A stretch of DNA of 64,000 nt from Planctomycetales bacterium (GTDB lineage: Bacteria; Planctomycetota; Phycisphaerae; Sedimentisphaerales; Anaerohalosphaeraceae): contig JAKEGM010000071.1 of the NCBI GenBank assembly GCA_022615575.1, forward strand, positions 12,164 through 76,163, in the 5' to 3' direction. The translations under genes and the position numbers were made by a program. Under the pieces are notes generated by a model. The model was not told the DNA's origin. It was given only the letters and a program-made list of their open reading frames with translations, and made no database searches. Shown here piece after piece: positions 1-8,997 of the stretch (the first letter of the stretch is position 1; every line of letters begins with the position of its first letter).

Positions 1-514
1 TGCCGTTGGCCCAGGCCAGCGCAATCTTCTTGGCGTTACCGTCGGCATTGGTATGCACAGCAATCAGGCAGGGTACGCCGCCGCCCTTTTCGTATTCGCT
101 GCGGACCAGATGGCCCGGCCCCTTGGGGGCAATCATCACGACGTTGACGCCAGCCGGCGGAACGATATAGCCGAAGTGGATGTTGAAGCCGTGGCAGAAA
201 CCCAGCGTCTGGCCGGGTTTGAGATTCGGCTGGATATCCGAGGCGTAAATCTTGCCTTGCAATTCATCCGGCAGGGTAATGATAATCAGCGCCGCGCCGG
301 TCATCGCCTTGGCAATCGTGGTCGGCTTAAAGCCGTGCTCGATGGCCAGCTTGAAATTGTCAGTGCCTTCCAGTTCCGCTATCGCGACCTCGATGCCGCT
401 GTCGCGCAAGTTTTGACTGTGGGCGTGACCCTGGCTGCCGTAGCCGATCACACAGACCTTTTTACCTTTAAGCCCCTCCAGCGGGGCGTCTTTTTCATAA
501 TAGAGCGTTGCCAT
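1..514 (-). CDS. ilvC: Ketol-acid reductoisomerase, N-terminal part (gene runs off the left edge)
   Basis: Own reverse-complement translation from ATG 514..512: MATLYYEKDAPLEGLKGKKVCVIGYGSQGHAHSQNLRDSGIEV...CHGFNIHFGYIVPP...KGPGHLVRSEY. GYGSQGHA dinucleotide-binding motif. AGGAGAA lies about 9 nt upstream. Not in the ORF track because there is no stop in the window; + ORF 53..538 is its antisense shadow. Confidence 0.9.
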   Translation of the reverse strand, partial: MATLYYEKDAPLEGLKGKKVCVIGYGSQGHAHSQNLRDSGIEVAIAELEGTDNFKLAIEHGFKPTTIAKAMTGAALIIITLPDELQGKIYASDIQPNLKPGQTLGFCHGFNIHFGYIVPPAGVNVVMIAPKGPGHLVRSEYEKGGGVPCLIAVHTNADGNAKKIALAWANG

Positions 515-622
515 TTTTCTCTGTTCTCCTGTGTTTGAACGTTAGTATATTTTGAAAGCGGGGACAGGTACAACCTGCCTTTCGGCAAAACGTGCCAGTC
601 CCCGTTTTCCGAGGATACGCAG

Positions 623-651
623 AGGATACGCCAAAAATGCCCCTGTTTCAA
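623..651 (-). promoter_or_regulatory. Possible sigma70-type promoter for ilvC (TTGAAA-17-TATCCT on minus strand)
   Basis: Minus-strand reading: TTGAAA (651..646), 17-nt spacer, TATCCT (628..623). It sits about 110 nt upstream of the ilvC ATG. The -10 overlaps a tandem GAGGATACGC repeat. Confidence 0.3.
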
Positions 652-709
652 CCCTTTTTCCTGAAAGCGGGATAAAAAGAATGCATGTATGAAAAGTAGA
701 AATTTCGGC

Positions 710-738
710 TTGACATGTGTATAGTTTTTCTATACAAT
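710..738 (+). promoter_or_regulatory. Consensus sigma70 promoter TTGACA-17-TACAAT
   Basis: TTGACA 710..715, exactly 17 nt, TACAAT 733..738. The first in-frame ATG of the downstream gene is at 745, 7 nt after the -10, which implies a leaderless mRNA. Confidence 0.6.
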
Positions 739-744
739 CCTAAA

Positions 745-1302
745 ATGGACATGGAGACATCCGAAATCCTGAAATATCTGAAAGCTGTTGCGGACCGTGT
801 AGAGTGGAATGGCCATGACATCGAAATTTTGCTGATCGGCGGTGCGGCCGGGATGTTGATTGGCCAATTACCGGCCCATCGGGTAACACAGGATTGCGAT
901 ATGATGCACGTTCAGCCCCCCCACGCACAACAGGCGGTTCTGGCCGCAGCTGTGGAAGTTGCGGGAGAAAAGGGGCTGCCCCAAACATGGCTGGATACCC
1001 AGGCAATGCCGCTGAATGTTTTGCCGGACGGCTGGCGGTCAAGGCGCGTGCTTGTCGCGCACTTTCAAAAATTATCCGTCTATGCCGTGGGCAGGCGTGA
1101 CTTGCTGGCGATGAAATTTTTTGCCAATCGTCCGCAAGACCGTCAGGATATTATCGAGATGTATCCCTCACATGACGAAATCGACTTTGCTCGGAAATAT
1201 CTGAATATGCTGCGAGTTCCCTCACGGCAAGCCGATCTCGATCAGGTTGTCAGTGCGTTGAAACTGGTTGAGGCGATGGAGAAGCTGTTCTATGGAAGCT
1301 GA
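745..1302 (+). CDS. Nucleotidyltransferase-fold protein (DUF6036/AbiEii-like), function unknown
   Basis: ORF 715..1302, trimmed to ATG 745 because 715 lies inside the promoter. Layout EILLIGGAAGMLIG...RVTQDCDMM ... GLPQTWLD ... RRDLLAMKFFANRPQDRQDI resembles DUF6036/AbiEii NTase-fold proteins (recalled pattern, not searched). Confidence 0.55.
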   Translation: MDMETSEILKYLKAVADRVEWNGHDIEILLIGGAAGMLIGQLPAHRVTQDCDMMHVQPPHAQQAVLAAAVEVAGEKGLPQTWLDTQAMPLNVLPDGWRSRRVLVAHFQKLSVYAVGRRDLLAMKFFANRPQDRQDIIEMYPSHDEIDFARKYLNMLRVPSRQADLDQVVSALKLVEAMEKLFYGS

Positions 1303-1999
1303 TCGCATCATCCGCCAATGGACGCGGCTGGGAATTGCGTTTAATGTTCACCCCTTTGACCAAACACCGGATATTGAACGGCTTTTGATGGATACCGCCT
1401 CTGTTTTGCCAAAGATGCCGCGGCTGCTGCCGGCCTGCGTAAGCTGGTTGACACGGTATTACCGGCTGGTGTGCCGGCATCGGCTGGCCGGTTTGGCTGC
1501 TGGGCTTGGGGGAACCGATGCCTCGGCATCGCTGGGGCTGCTGCTGGATTTTGCCAAAGCATCTGCAAACACCGACCATTTCAATCTGGCGATCAAACTC
1601 TGTGCGCCCACACAAACGTCCAAGCCGTTGTTCACAGTGGATCGCCTGTCCGAGCCGCTTGCGTCTCTGGCACGGCTGAACAGTTCGCCGATTGGCCGGC
1701 GCTGGGGACTGTGGTGTGAAAACGTCGAGCTAAAAGAAGATGCAATCAGGCCGTTGGCGTGGGTGATGGAACATAATCCAACACTAAAATGGCGGGCTGT
1801 TTTTGGCGGAAATTTACGGGCCTCGATTCTCGAAATACTGTCTGCGGACCAACAGGCCGGGCAAAGCGAATCGCTGTTGGCGCGGCGCTGTCATGCCACG
1901 CGCAAGGCCGTTCGGGAAGCGCTGGATCATCTGGAGTTCTGTCGGCTTGTCCTCCGCCGCAGTGCCGCCGGAAAAATCCTGATTTCACTGTGTGGGTGA
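1292..1999 (+). CDS. Hypothetical protein with C-terminal winged-helix-like DNA-binding segment
   Basis: ORF 1268..1999. ATG 1292 overlaps the upstream stop by 11 nt (tATGGAAGCTGA). The C-terminus GNLRASILEILSADQQAGQSESLLARRCHATRKAVREALDHLEFCRLVLRR looks MarR/wHTH-like. The N-terminal roughly 170 aa has no motif I recognise. Confidence 0.5.
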   Translation: MEADRIIRQWTRLGIAFNVHPFDQTPDIERLLMDTASVLPKMPRLLPACVSWLTRYYRLVCRHRLAGLAAGLGGTDASASLGLLLDFAKASANTDHFNLAIKLCAPTQTSKPLFTVDRLSEPLASLARLNSSPIGRRWGLWCENVELKEDAIRPLAWVMEHNPTLKWRAVFGGNLRASILEILSADQQAGQSESLLARRCHATRKAVREALDHLEFCRLVLRRSAAGKILISLCG

Positions 2000-2167
2000 A
2001 TTGGGTCAATAAAAATACGAAAAATTGTTGATAATCCAATAAAATAGCGGACAGTGGGGCTGTTGAAAAACCCCAAAACCGGCGAAGCAACACTTGTATT
2101 TGAGCAAAAAACGCCACATATTTTTGGGAAATTTTCTTTTTTATATACCCCTCCGGCCTTACGGCCA

Positions 2168-2210
2168 CCTCCCCTTCACAGGGGAGGAGCTTTTGCCCCT
2201 TTGCAGGGGG
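2168..2210. terminator. Two adjacent GC hairpins between convergent gene ends (putative bidirectional terminator/insulator)
   Basis: cctcccc-ttcaca-ggggagg (2168..2187) and cccct-ttgca-ggggg (2196..2210). They lie between the stop of the + gene (1999) and the stop of ilvN (2275). There is no clean U-run. Confidence 0.4.
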
Positions 2211-2274
2211 AGAGCTAAAAAAAACGCCGGCAAAATACCAGCGTTATGTACTCAGGCAAGATGCCCGAGCTACG

Positions 2275-2772
2275 TTATTCTTCTGTTTTTGCGGCGCGGT
2301 TGTAGCGGGCCATGGCGACGGTTCCGGTACGAACCACGTTTTTGACGCCGTACGGCCGGCAGGAGTCGATGAATGCCTCGACCTTGCTTTCCGGGCCGGC
2401 CACCTCGACCATCACGAATTTGGGCCCGATGTCCACCACTTTCGCGTTAAACATTTCAATCAGGGCCAGGATTTCCGGGCGTTTTTCGGCGGTACAGGCC
2501 ACGCTGACCAGCATCAAATCCCGTGCCACGCAGTCCTGCCCGACGAAGTCCTGCACCTTGACGACCTCGACGATTTTCAGCAGTTGCTTGCGTACCTGCT
2601 CGACGACCTTGTCATCGCCGACCACCACAATGGTCATCCGGCTGATGTTGGGGTCGTCCGTGCGACCGACCGCCAGCGAATCGATATTAAAAGCCCGTGC
2701 GGCGAACATCCCCGCCACATGCGCCAGCACGCCGGGCTTGTTCATCACTAATGCGCTCAATATATGCTTCAT
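2275..2772 (-). CDS. ilvN: Acetolactate synthase small (regulatory) subunit, ACT domain
   Basis: MKHILSALVMNKPGVLAHVAGMFAARAFNIDSLAVGRTDDPNISRMTIVV is typical of IlvN/IlvH. It lies immediately downstream of ilvB. Confidence 0.9.
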   Translation of the reverse strand: MKHILSALVMNKPGVLAHVAGMFAARAFNIDSLAVGRTDDPNISRMTIVVVGDDKVVEQVRKQLLKIVEVVKVQDFVGQDCVARDLMLVSVACTAEKRPEILALIEMFNAKVVDIGPKFVMVEVAGPESKVEAFIDSCRPYGVKNVVRTGTVAMARYNRAAKTEE

Positions 2773-2814
2773 AATAAACTCCAGATATCAAGAATTTTTA
2801 ATTCAAAATTAATG

Positions 2815-4530
2815 TTATGCCATTTCAAAGATATCCAGTCCGTCCATTTCGTGCAGGGATTTACCCGCCGGAACCATCGGCCAGACGTTTTCCTCGCGGT
2901 CCACGCGGAAGTCCACCACACACGGGCGGGTTTCAGCCAGCATGTCTTTTACGGCCCCGGCGACCTGCTCTTTTTTATCCACGGTGATGCCAACGCAGCC
3001 GAACGCCCGCGCCAGGTTGGCAAAGTCCGGGTTGACTAACGAGCTTTTTGAATACCGCTTGCCGTAGAACAACTCCTGCCACTGGCGAACCATGCCCATG
3101 TAGCCGTTGTTAATCAGCGCAACCTTAATCGGCAGCTTATACATCACCGCGGTCGAAAGCTCGGTCAGGGTCATGTTAAAGCTGCTGTCGCCGTCGATGT
3201 CGATGACCGGCTTGTCCGGACAGGCCAACTGGGCGCCAATCGCCGCCGGCAGACCGAAGCCCATTGTTCCCAGCCCGCCGGAGGTAATCAACTGACGCGG
3301 GCGGCTGTATTTATAGAACTGCGCCGACCACATCTGGTGCTGGCCGACGCCTGTACAGATAATCGCCTGGCCCTGGGTCTGGCGGCAGATTTCCTCTATC
3401 ACGTACTGCGGCTTGATGACATCGGCGTTTTTATCATACATAAACGGATGCTTGGCCTTCCACGCCGCGATGGTCTCGAACCATTCCTTGCGCGGTTTGT
3501 ATTCGACCTCGTTCAATAGCGCCGTCAACACCTGTTTGGCGTCGCCGACGACCGGGATATCCACTTTGACATTCTTGCCGATACTGGACGGGTCCAGGTC
3601 GATATGGACAATTTTGGCATGCGGGGCAAACGTCTGCAAATTGCCGGTTACACGGTCCTCAAAGCGCGCCCCAACCGAAATCAGCAAATCGGCGTGCTGA
3701 ACGGCGTAGTTGGCATACGCCGAGCCGTGCATCCCGAGCATATCCAGCGATTCGGGCCGGCTCTGGTCATACGCTCCTAATCCCATCAGCGTCGTGGTAA
3801 CGGGAATATTGGCCTTTTGCGCCAGTGCCCGCAGTTGGTCGGATGCGCCGGAGATAATCACGCCGCCGCCGACGTACAGAACGGGCTTTTGGGATTCATT
3901 GATGGCCTGGGCGGCCATGGTAATCTGGCGGGCATGTCCGTGGGCGCGGTTCTTAATCCCCGGCAGGTCAATCTCGCCCTTCGGCGGAATCGGGCACTGG
4001 GCCAACTGCATATCCACCGGGATATCGATCAGGACCGGTCCCGGCCGGCCTGACTTGGCGATATAAAAGGCCTCCCGAATCGATTGCGCCAGATCATTGG
4101 GGTCTTTGATAATCATATTGTGTTTGGTAATCGGCCGGGTGATGCCGGTCGTGTCCGCTTCCTGAAAGGCGTCGTTGCCAATTAAACTGGTACGAACTTG
4201 TCCGGTAATGGCCACTAAAGGAACCGAATCCATCATTGCCGTCGCTATTCCCGTGGTCAGGTTGGTTGCGCCGGGGCCGCTGGTGGCTACGACCACGCCG
4301 ACCTTGCCGGACGCGCGGGCGTAGGCGTCGGCCATGTGGCAGCCGCCCTGCTCGTGCCGGGGGATGATAAAGTTAATCGGCGCATCATACAGCTTATCGA
4401 ACAGCGGCAGCACCACGCCGCCCAGATACCCGAACATTGTCTCGACGCCCTGTTCAATCAGCATGTCCACGATGACCTGCGAACCGACCTTGTGGACAGT
4501 TTTGTCGTTATTAGTTCCGTTTTTGCTCAT
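2815..4530 (-). CDS. ilvB: Acetolactate synthase large subunit (ThDP-dependent)
   Basis: 571 aa. ThDP motif IDGDSSFNMTLTELSTAV...LINNGYMGMVRQWQ. N-terminal GYLGGVVLPLFD...RHEQGGCHMADAYAR. GGAG SD upstream. Confidence 0.95.
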   Translation of the reverse strand: MSKNGTNNDKTVHKVGSQVIVDMLIEQGVETMFGYLGGVVLPLFDKLYDAPINFIIPRHEQGGCHMADAYARASGKVGVVVATSGPGATNLTTGIATAMMDSVPLVAITGQVRTSLIGNDAFQEADTTGITRPITKHNMIIKDPNDLAQSIREAFYIAKSGRPGPVLIDIPVDMQLAQCPIPPKGEIDLPGIKNRAHGHARQITMAAQAINESQKPVLYVGGGVIISGASDQLRALAQKANIPVTTTLMGLGAYDQSRPESLDMLGMHGSAYANYAVQHADLLISVGARFEDRVTGNLQTFAPHAKIVHIDLDPSSIGKNVKVDIPVVGDAKQVLTALLNEVEYKPRKEWFETIAAWKAKHPFMYDKNADVIKPQYVIEEICRQTQGQAIICTGVGQHQMWSAQFYKYSRPRQLITSGGLGTMGFGLPAAIGAQLACPDKPVIDIDGDSSFNMTLTELSTAVMYKLPIKVALINNGYMGMVRQWQELFYGKRYSKSSLVNPDFANLARAFGCVGITVDKKEQVAGAVKDMLAETRPCVVDFRVDREENVWPMVPAGKSLHEMDGLDIFEMA

Positions 4531-4997
4531 ATTTCAACTCCAAAAAAGACAAAAAAATGCTTGTTTTCGTGTATAGACACGATAACAGTGCTGCAAATAC
4601 GGGAGGCGGCGCAGGGGGAACCTGCGGCCAAAGACATGTGTCCATAAACTGACTCCAATCCTGTTCAACATTTCGTTATTCCAGTGTTTGCAGAGTTTTA
4701 GGGCGATTTTCGACAAGCCAACCTGACTGCACCGAGCGAATCAGACCCGCAATGTCGGGATACGCTACCCCGATTCTGCAGCACTCAAACCACATTCTTT
4801 ACTTGTGCCAGGGACGCGAAACAGTGCCAAACACACCCCGCGCCAGAGCATTCCACCAGCCCTGAAGTCGCAAGACTGAGGACTAAAGCTGAATATACAC
4901 TATTTATCCGCCAAAATCAACCCCGCCTTGAGAAAATCTTTGGGGAATCGCTCGAGATACACGGATTCCGCCCGTGCAGTGATGCTCACGGCGGTCA

Positions 4998-6068
4998 TCA
5001 GGTCAATTGCCTGAGCAGCTTATCACAGACCATTTTTTCGGACACCTGCCCGATGCAATAGGCGGGGTTGCTACTTTTAACCGCATAGCCGCGCTTGTCC
5101 GGCTCAACGGCGGCGATACATTCCGGCCGGCGATAGGGGCCTAACCGAAGGGGGTTGGTCGGACCGAAAACCAGCACGGTCGGGGTTCGGGTCGTCAGGG
5201 CAATATGCCCCGGTCCGGTATCGTTGGAAATCACCGCTCCTGCCAGCTGGAACAGGGCGATCAATTCCGGGATGCTTGTCTGCCCCGCCAAATCCGCGAT
5301 GGGAATGCTGCTGTACCGCCGGATGGCTTCGATGGCCGGCTTGTCGCCCGCTGTGCCGACGGCAGCCGCACCCCAGCCGAACTGCCCGCAAAGGGTCTCG
5401 GCGGCGGCGGCGAAACGCTGAGGCGGCCAGCACTTTGAGGCGTGGGCGGAACCGGGGACCAGCACGAGAAATTGTTTTGAACCAAGTCCGTTGTGCCGCA
5501 GTTTTTGCCGGCTCGAATCCTCGTCAGATTGCGGGACGGACAGGGCGCATTCGGTTAAACGCTCAGCGGCGCCGACCTGTTCCAGAATGGCGTGGTAGTA
5601 ATCCAGCAAATGCACAGTCCCCGCAGGGCGGTCAACGACGCGGGTATGAAACAGGTTGGCGCATTCCCGTGCCTCTTTCATGCCGACCCGCTCGGCACAG
5701 CCGGTCATCCATGCGAACAGGGCGCTGCGAAGCAGCCCCTGCAAGTCCAAAACCAGGTCGAATTGCCCGGCCTTGAGCTGCTTTCGCGCATCGCAAAGGG
5801 CGGCAAAACCGCTGACGCTGCGGTACCAGCCGCTGATTTGTTTGCGGTCAAACAGGATGATGTTGTCCAGCCCCTCGGCGCACCGGAGCAGGGGGGCAAA
5901 CTCACGGCGCACCATCCATGTCAGGCGGGCCTGCGGAAACGAGGCCCGCAGCGAACTTAAAACCGGCAGCGCATGGACAATGTCGCCCAGCGCGCTGGGC
6001 TTGATAATCAGGATGTTCCTGTATCGCGTTGTGTTCATAAACCAATTGTGGTTTTCTGTGTCATTCAA
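4998..6068 (-). CDS. Glycosyltransferase family 9 (heptosyltransferase-like)
   Basis: ILIIKPSALGDIVHALPVLSSLRASFPQARLTWMV at the N-terminus and ...ISNDTGPGHIA... near the C-terminus, as in RfaF/WaaC-type GT9 enzymes. The start could instead be Met11 (6038). Confidence 0.8.
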   Translation of the reverse strand: MNDTENHNWFMNTTRYRNILIIKPSALGDIVHALPVLSSLRASFPQARLTWMVRREFAPLLRCAEGLDNIILFDRKQISGWYRSVSGFAALCDARKQLKAGQFDLVLDLQGLLRSALFAWMTGCAERVGMKEARECANLFHTRVVDRPAGTVHLLDYYHAILEQVGAAERLTECALSVPQSDEDSSRQKLRHNGLGSKQFLVLVPGSAHASKCWPPQRFAAAAETLCGQFGWGAAAVGTAGDKPAIEAIRRYSSIPIADLAGQTSIPELIALFQLAGAVISNDTGPGHIALTTRTPTVLVFGPTNPLRLGPYRRPECIAAVEPDKRGYAVKSSNPAYCIGQVSEKMVCDKLLRQLT

Positions 6069-6201
6069 AACAGGCGATATTCTATTCGATAATCAGCTTT
6101 TTGCAAACAGGTTCTTGCTGTTAAAAACGGAGCGTTTATTCCGCAAGATTATGAAAGCCCGAGGGTTAGCATCAAATATCGCTAAAATTCCGGTATTTTT
6201 C

Positions 6202-6230
6202 TTGCAAAGACGCGGGGTTGGCGGTAAAAA
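6202..6230 (+). promoter_or_regulatory. Possible promoter of tRNA-Lys (TTGCAA-17-TAAAAA)
   Basis: TTGCAA 6202..6207, 17-nt spacer, TAAAAA 6225..6230. The tRNA 5' end is 11 nt downstream. Confidence 0.35.
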
Positions 6231-6240
6231 ACGCTCTTCA

Positions 6241-6313
<73 letters not shown>

Positions 6314-6427
6314 TTAACACCTTGCCGTATCTTATACCGCACAGGCGGTTTATATAATGTCCGGTACGCACAGCAGGGGCAACATACAGGGGCTGCCTGT
6401 TAAGACACAAAACGAAAGGATACCAAG

Positions 6428-8209
6428 ATGAAGCACAAAGACATTTCGCCTGCGGCAGCATTTCTGGCAGGACTTTGGCTTTTTGCATTTATGGCGGTGT
6501 CAGTCCCCGCTCAGGAGGAGGTTTCAAGCTGGCCCTATGCCAATGAAACCAAAGAGCAAAAAGATGCCCGCATGGCCTGGTGGCGTGACGCCCGCTTCGG
6601 CCTGTTCATTCACTGGGGTGTCTATGCCGTTCCTGCCGGGACCTACAAAGACAAGCAAATCGGGGGCATCGGCGAATGGATTATGTGTCGCGGCCAAATC
6701 CCCATCGCCGAATACAAGCAGTTCGCCAGGCAGTTCAACCCCGTCAAATACGACCCCGACGCCTGGGTCAAGCTGGCCAAAGAAGCCGGCATGAAATACA
6801 TCGTCATCACCTCCAAGCACCACGACGGTTTTGCCTTGTTTGATTCCAAAGTTACCGACTGGGATGTGGTGGACGCCGCGCCTTACGGCAAAGATCTGCT
6901 CAAGCCCTTAGCCAAGGCCTGCCGCAAGCACGGCGTCAAGCTGGGCTTCTATTATTCACAGGCCCAGGACTGGACCCATCCAGGCGGCGCCGGCAACACC
7001 TGGGACCCCGCTCAGGCCGGCGACATGGACGAATACATCAAAAATATCGCCGCCCCCCAGGTTAAGGAAATCCTGACCAACTACGGCGACATCGCCGTCC
7101 TCTGGTGGGACACCCCGTACGACATGAACAAACAGCGCGCCGATATGCTCCAGCCGCTGATTGCGCTCCAGCCGGGCATTATCACCAACAACCGGCTTGG
7201 CGGCGGTTATCCCGGCGACACCGACACCCCTGAACAGCATATCCCGGCCACCGGTCTTAAAGACCGCGACTGGGAGGCCTGCATGACCATGAACGACACC
7301 TGGGGCTTCAAGAGTTATGACCACAACTGGAAATCCGCGGAAATGCTGATTCAGAATCTGGTGGATATTGCCAGCAAGGGCGGCAATTACCTGCTCAATG
7401 TCGGCCCGACCGCCGAAGGTGAAATCCCGCAGGCCAGCGTTGAACGGCTCAAGGCCGTCGGCAAGTGGATGAAGGTCAACAGCCAATCGATTTACGGCAC
7501 CTCGGCCAGCCCGTTTGCCAAATTGACCTGGGGCCGCTGCACACAGAAAACCGTTCGCGGCAAAACCACGCTTTATCTGCATATCTTTGACTGGCCGGCT
7601 GCCGGCAAACTCCTCGTGCCGGGCCTCCGCAATGAAATCAGGAAGGCCGTCCTGCTGGCGGGCAACCGCAAGCTCAAGACGGAGTCGGCTCAAGACGGGG
7701 TCATTGTGAACCTGCCCGCTGCGGCGCCGGATCCGGTGGATACGGTGGTGGCATTGCAAATCAAGGGCGAATTGAAGGTGGACAAAATCCTGCCCTCGCA
7801 GAAACCCGATGGCACGGTCGAACTGTCGGCGGCGCTGGCCGATATTCACAATCCCGGCTATGGCGGCGAAATCAAGCTGGAAACGAGGGATGCTGTACGA
7901 AACCTCGGCTATTGGACCGACCCGCGATGCTGGGTCGAGTGGTCGTATGTTATCGACAAGCCGGGCAAGTTTGAGGTTTCGGCCATGGTCGCCGTTGCCG
8001 AGGCCGAATGTCCTGTCGAGCTTATCGTCGATAACGCAAAACAGATCGTCCGCATCCCTTCCACCGGCGGCTATGCGGCCTATACGAAGGCCGTCTTGGG
8101 CACAGTAACAATCGACAAAGCGGGCGAACACAATCTTCAGCTGAAACCGATAAAGGAAAACTGGCAGCCGGCCAACATCCGCACGGTTCTTCTTTCCCCC
8201 TCGCCGTAA
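6428..8209 (+). CDS. Alpha-L-fucosidase (GH29) with C-terminal beta-sandwich/CBM-like domain, secreted
   Basis: Signal peptide MKHKDISPAAAFLAGLWLFAFMAVSVPAQE. GH29 hallmarks ARFGLFIHWGVYAVPAG, ...YIVITSKHHDGFALFDS..., GDIAVLWWD. Confidence 0.85.
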   Translation: MKHKDISPAAAFLAGLWLFAFMAVSVPAQEEVSSWPYANETKEQKDARMAWWRDARFGLFIHWGVYAVPAGTYKDKQIGGIGEWIMCRGQIPIAEYKQFARQFNPVKYDPDAWVKLAKEAGMKYIVITSKHHDGFALFDSKVTDWDVVDAAPYGKDLLKPLAKACRKHGVKLGFYYSQAQDWTHPGGAGNTWDPAQAGDMDEYIKNIAAPQVKEILTNYGDIAVLWWDTPYDMNKQRADMLQPLIALQPGIITNNRLGGGYPGDTDTPEQHIPATGLKDRDWEACMTMNDTWGFKSYDHNWKSAEMLIQNLVDIASKGGNYLLNVGPTAEGEIPQASVERLKAVGKWMKVNSQSIYGTSASPFAKLTWGRCTQKTVRGKTTLYLHIFDWPAAGKLLVPGLRNEIRKAVLLAGNRKLKTESAQDGVIVNLPAAAPDPVDTVVALQIKGELKVDKILPSQKPDGTVELSAALADIHNPGYGGEIKLETRDAVRNLGYWTDPRCWVEWSYVIDKPGKFEVSAMVAVAEAECPVELIVDNAKQIVRIPSTGGYAAYTKAVLGTVTIDKAGEHNLQLKPIKENWQPANIRTVLLSPSP

Positions 8210-8304
8210 AAAGAAAAGCGGATTGGATGAATAATGCGGCTAAACACAGGAACAGAGGGGCGTTAGGCCGCCTCTGTTCCTTCTTTCTTTTGGGAGAGCA
8301 AACA

Positions 8305-8706
8305 ATGAATGTGGAAGCGTTTTTATTGTGTGATGCTGCCACGGATCAGCACGGAAAACTGAATGTTCTGGGCGCGTTCGACAATATCTTCTTCAAACAG
8401 ATGCCCGCCAGACAGCCGTCGTGTTCGGTCGCGACGCGCATCCGTTTTGATAAAATCGAAGAAGGCCTTCATTCGTTTCGCATCCATATCATCAATCAGG
8501 ACGGCGTCAATATCGGTCCGAAACTCGAAGGCAAAATCGATACCCGGCCCGCGCCCAATCTGGATTCAGTCGTGACCAATGTGATTCTTAACATACAGGG
8601 CCTGGAGTTTAAGCAGAAAGGAAAATACAGAATTGACCTGGCCGTCGACGGCCAGATACAGGCATCCTTGCCGTTGTGGGTCAGCCAAGTGCCGGAGCAG
8701 CCGTAA
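8305..8706 (+). CDS. Conserved hypothetical protein (small beta-rich, no recognised motif)
   Basis: ORF 8227..8706, trimmed to ATG 8305, which is preceded by GGGAGAG. MNVEAFLLCDAATDQHGKLNVLGAFDNIFF... Coding-like composition. Confidence 0.6.
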   Translation: MNVEAFLLCDAATDQHGKLNVLGAFDNIFFKQMPARQPSCSVATRIRFDKIEEGLHSFRIHIINQDGVNIGPKLEGKIDTRPAPNLDSVVTNVILNIQGLEFKQKGKYRIDLAVDGQIQASLPLWVSQVPEQP

Positions 8707-8997
8707 TCAACAGAGGCCGGAGGTGAAACAAGTCCGATTTTAAGGAAAGCAGAAAACGATGAAACACATCACAAAATCGACAGTTGCCTTCACTTTTTGC
8801 GCAGGGATTTTGGTTTGGGCTGCCGGCTGTGACGCCCCAGAGACAAAGCAGACCCAGACCGCCATCGTTGCCGCCACGACCGCCCGGCAAATGAAACAAC
8901 TGAAGACCTTCGGCACGATGGGCAAGGAACTCTGTATTCTGACACCGACAAAGAAACCGAGCTGTTTCGCTATGACGGCAGCGGCTGTCTGACCCAC

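Noticed and set aside
53-538. 161-aa + strand ORF at the left edge
   Set aside because: It is the antisense shadow of ilvC. The minus-strand translation is an unmistakable ketol-acid reductoisomerase N-terminus. The + product is Ala/Arg/Gly-rich with no motif.
715-744. Track start codon 715 for the NTase-fold gene
   Set aside because: Codons 715..744 lie inside the TTGACA-17-TACAAT promoter. ATG 745 (or 751) is the first start that can be on the transcript.
4805-4829. Two TGGCAC motifs (minus strand) in the ilvB leader, a possible sigma54 promoter
   Set aside because: GG-to-GC spacing is 9 nt rather than 10, and there is no TTGC -12 element. This is most likely a chance match in GC-rich DNA.
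6956-8131. 391-aa minus-strand ORF
   Set aside because: It is antisense to the GH29 fucosidase gene. Its Arg/Gly/Ala-rich composition is typical of reverse-frame ORFs in high-GC DNA.
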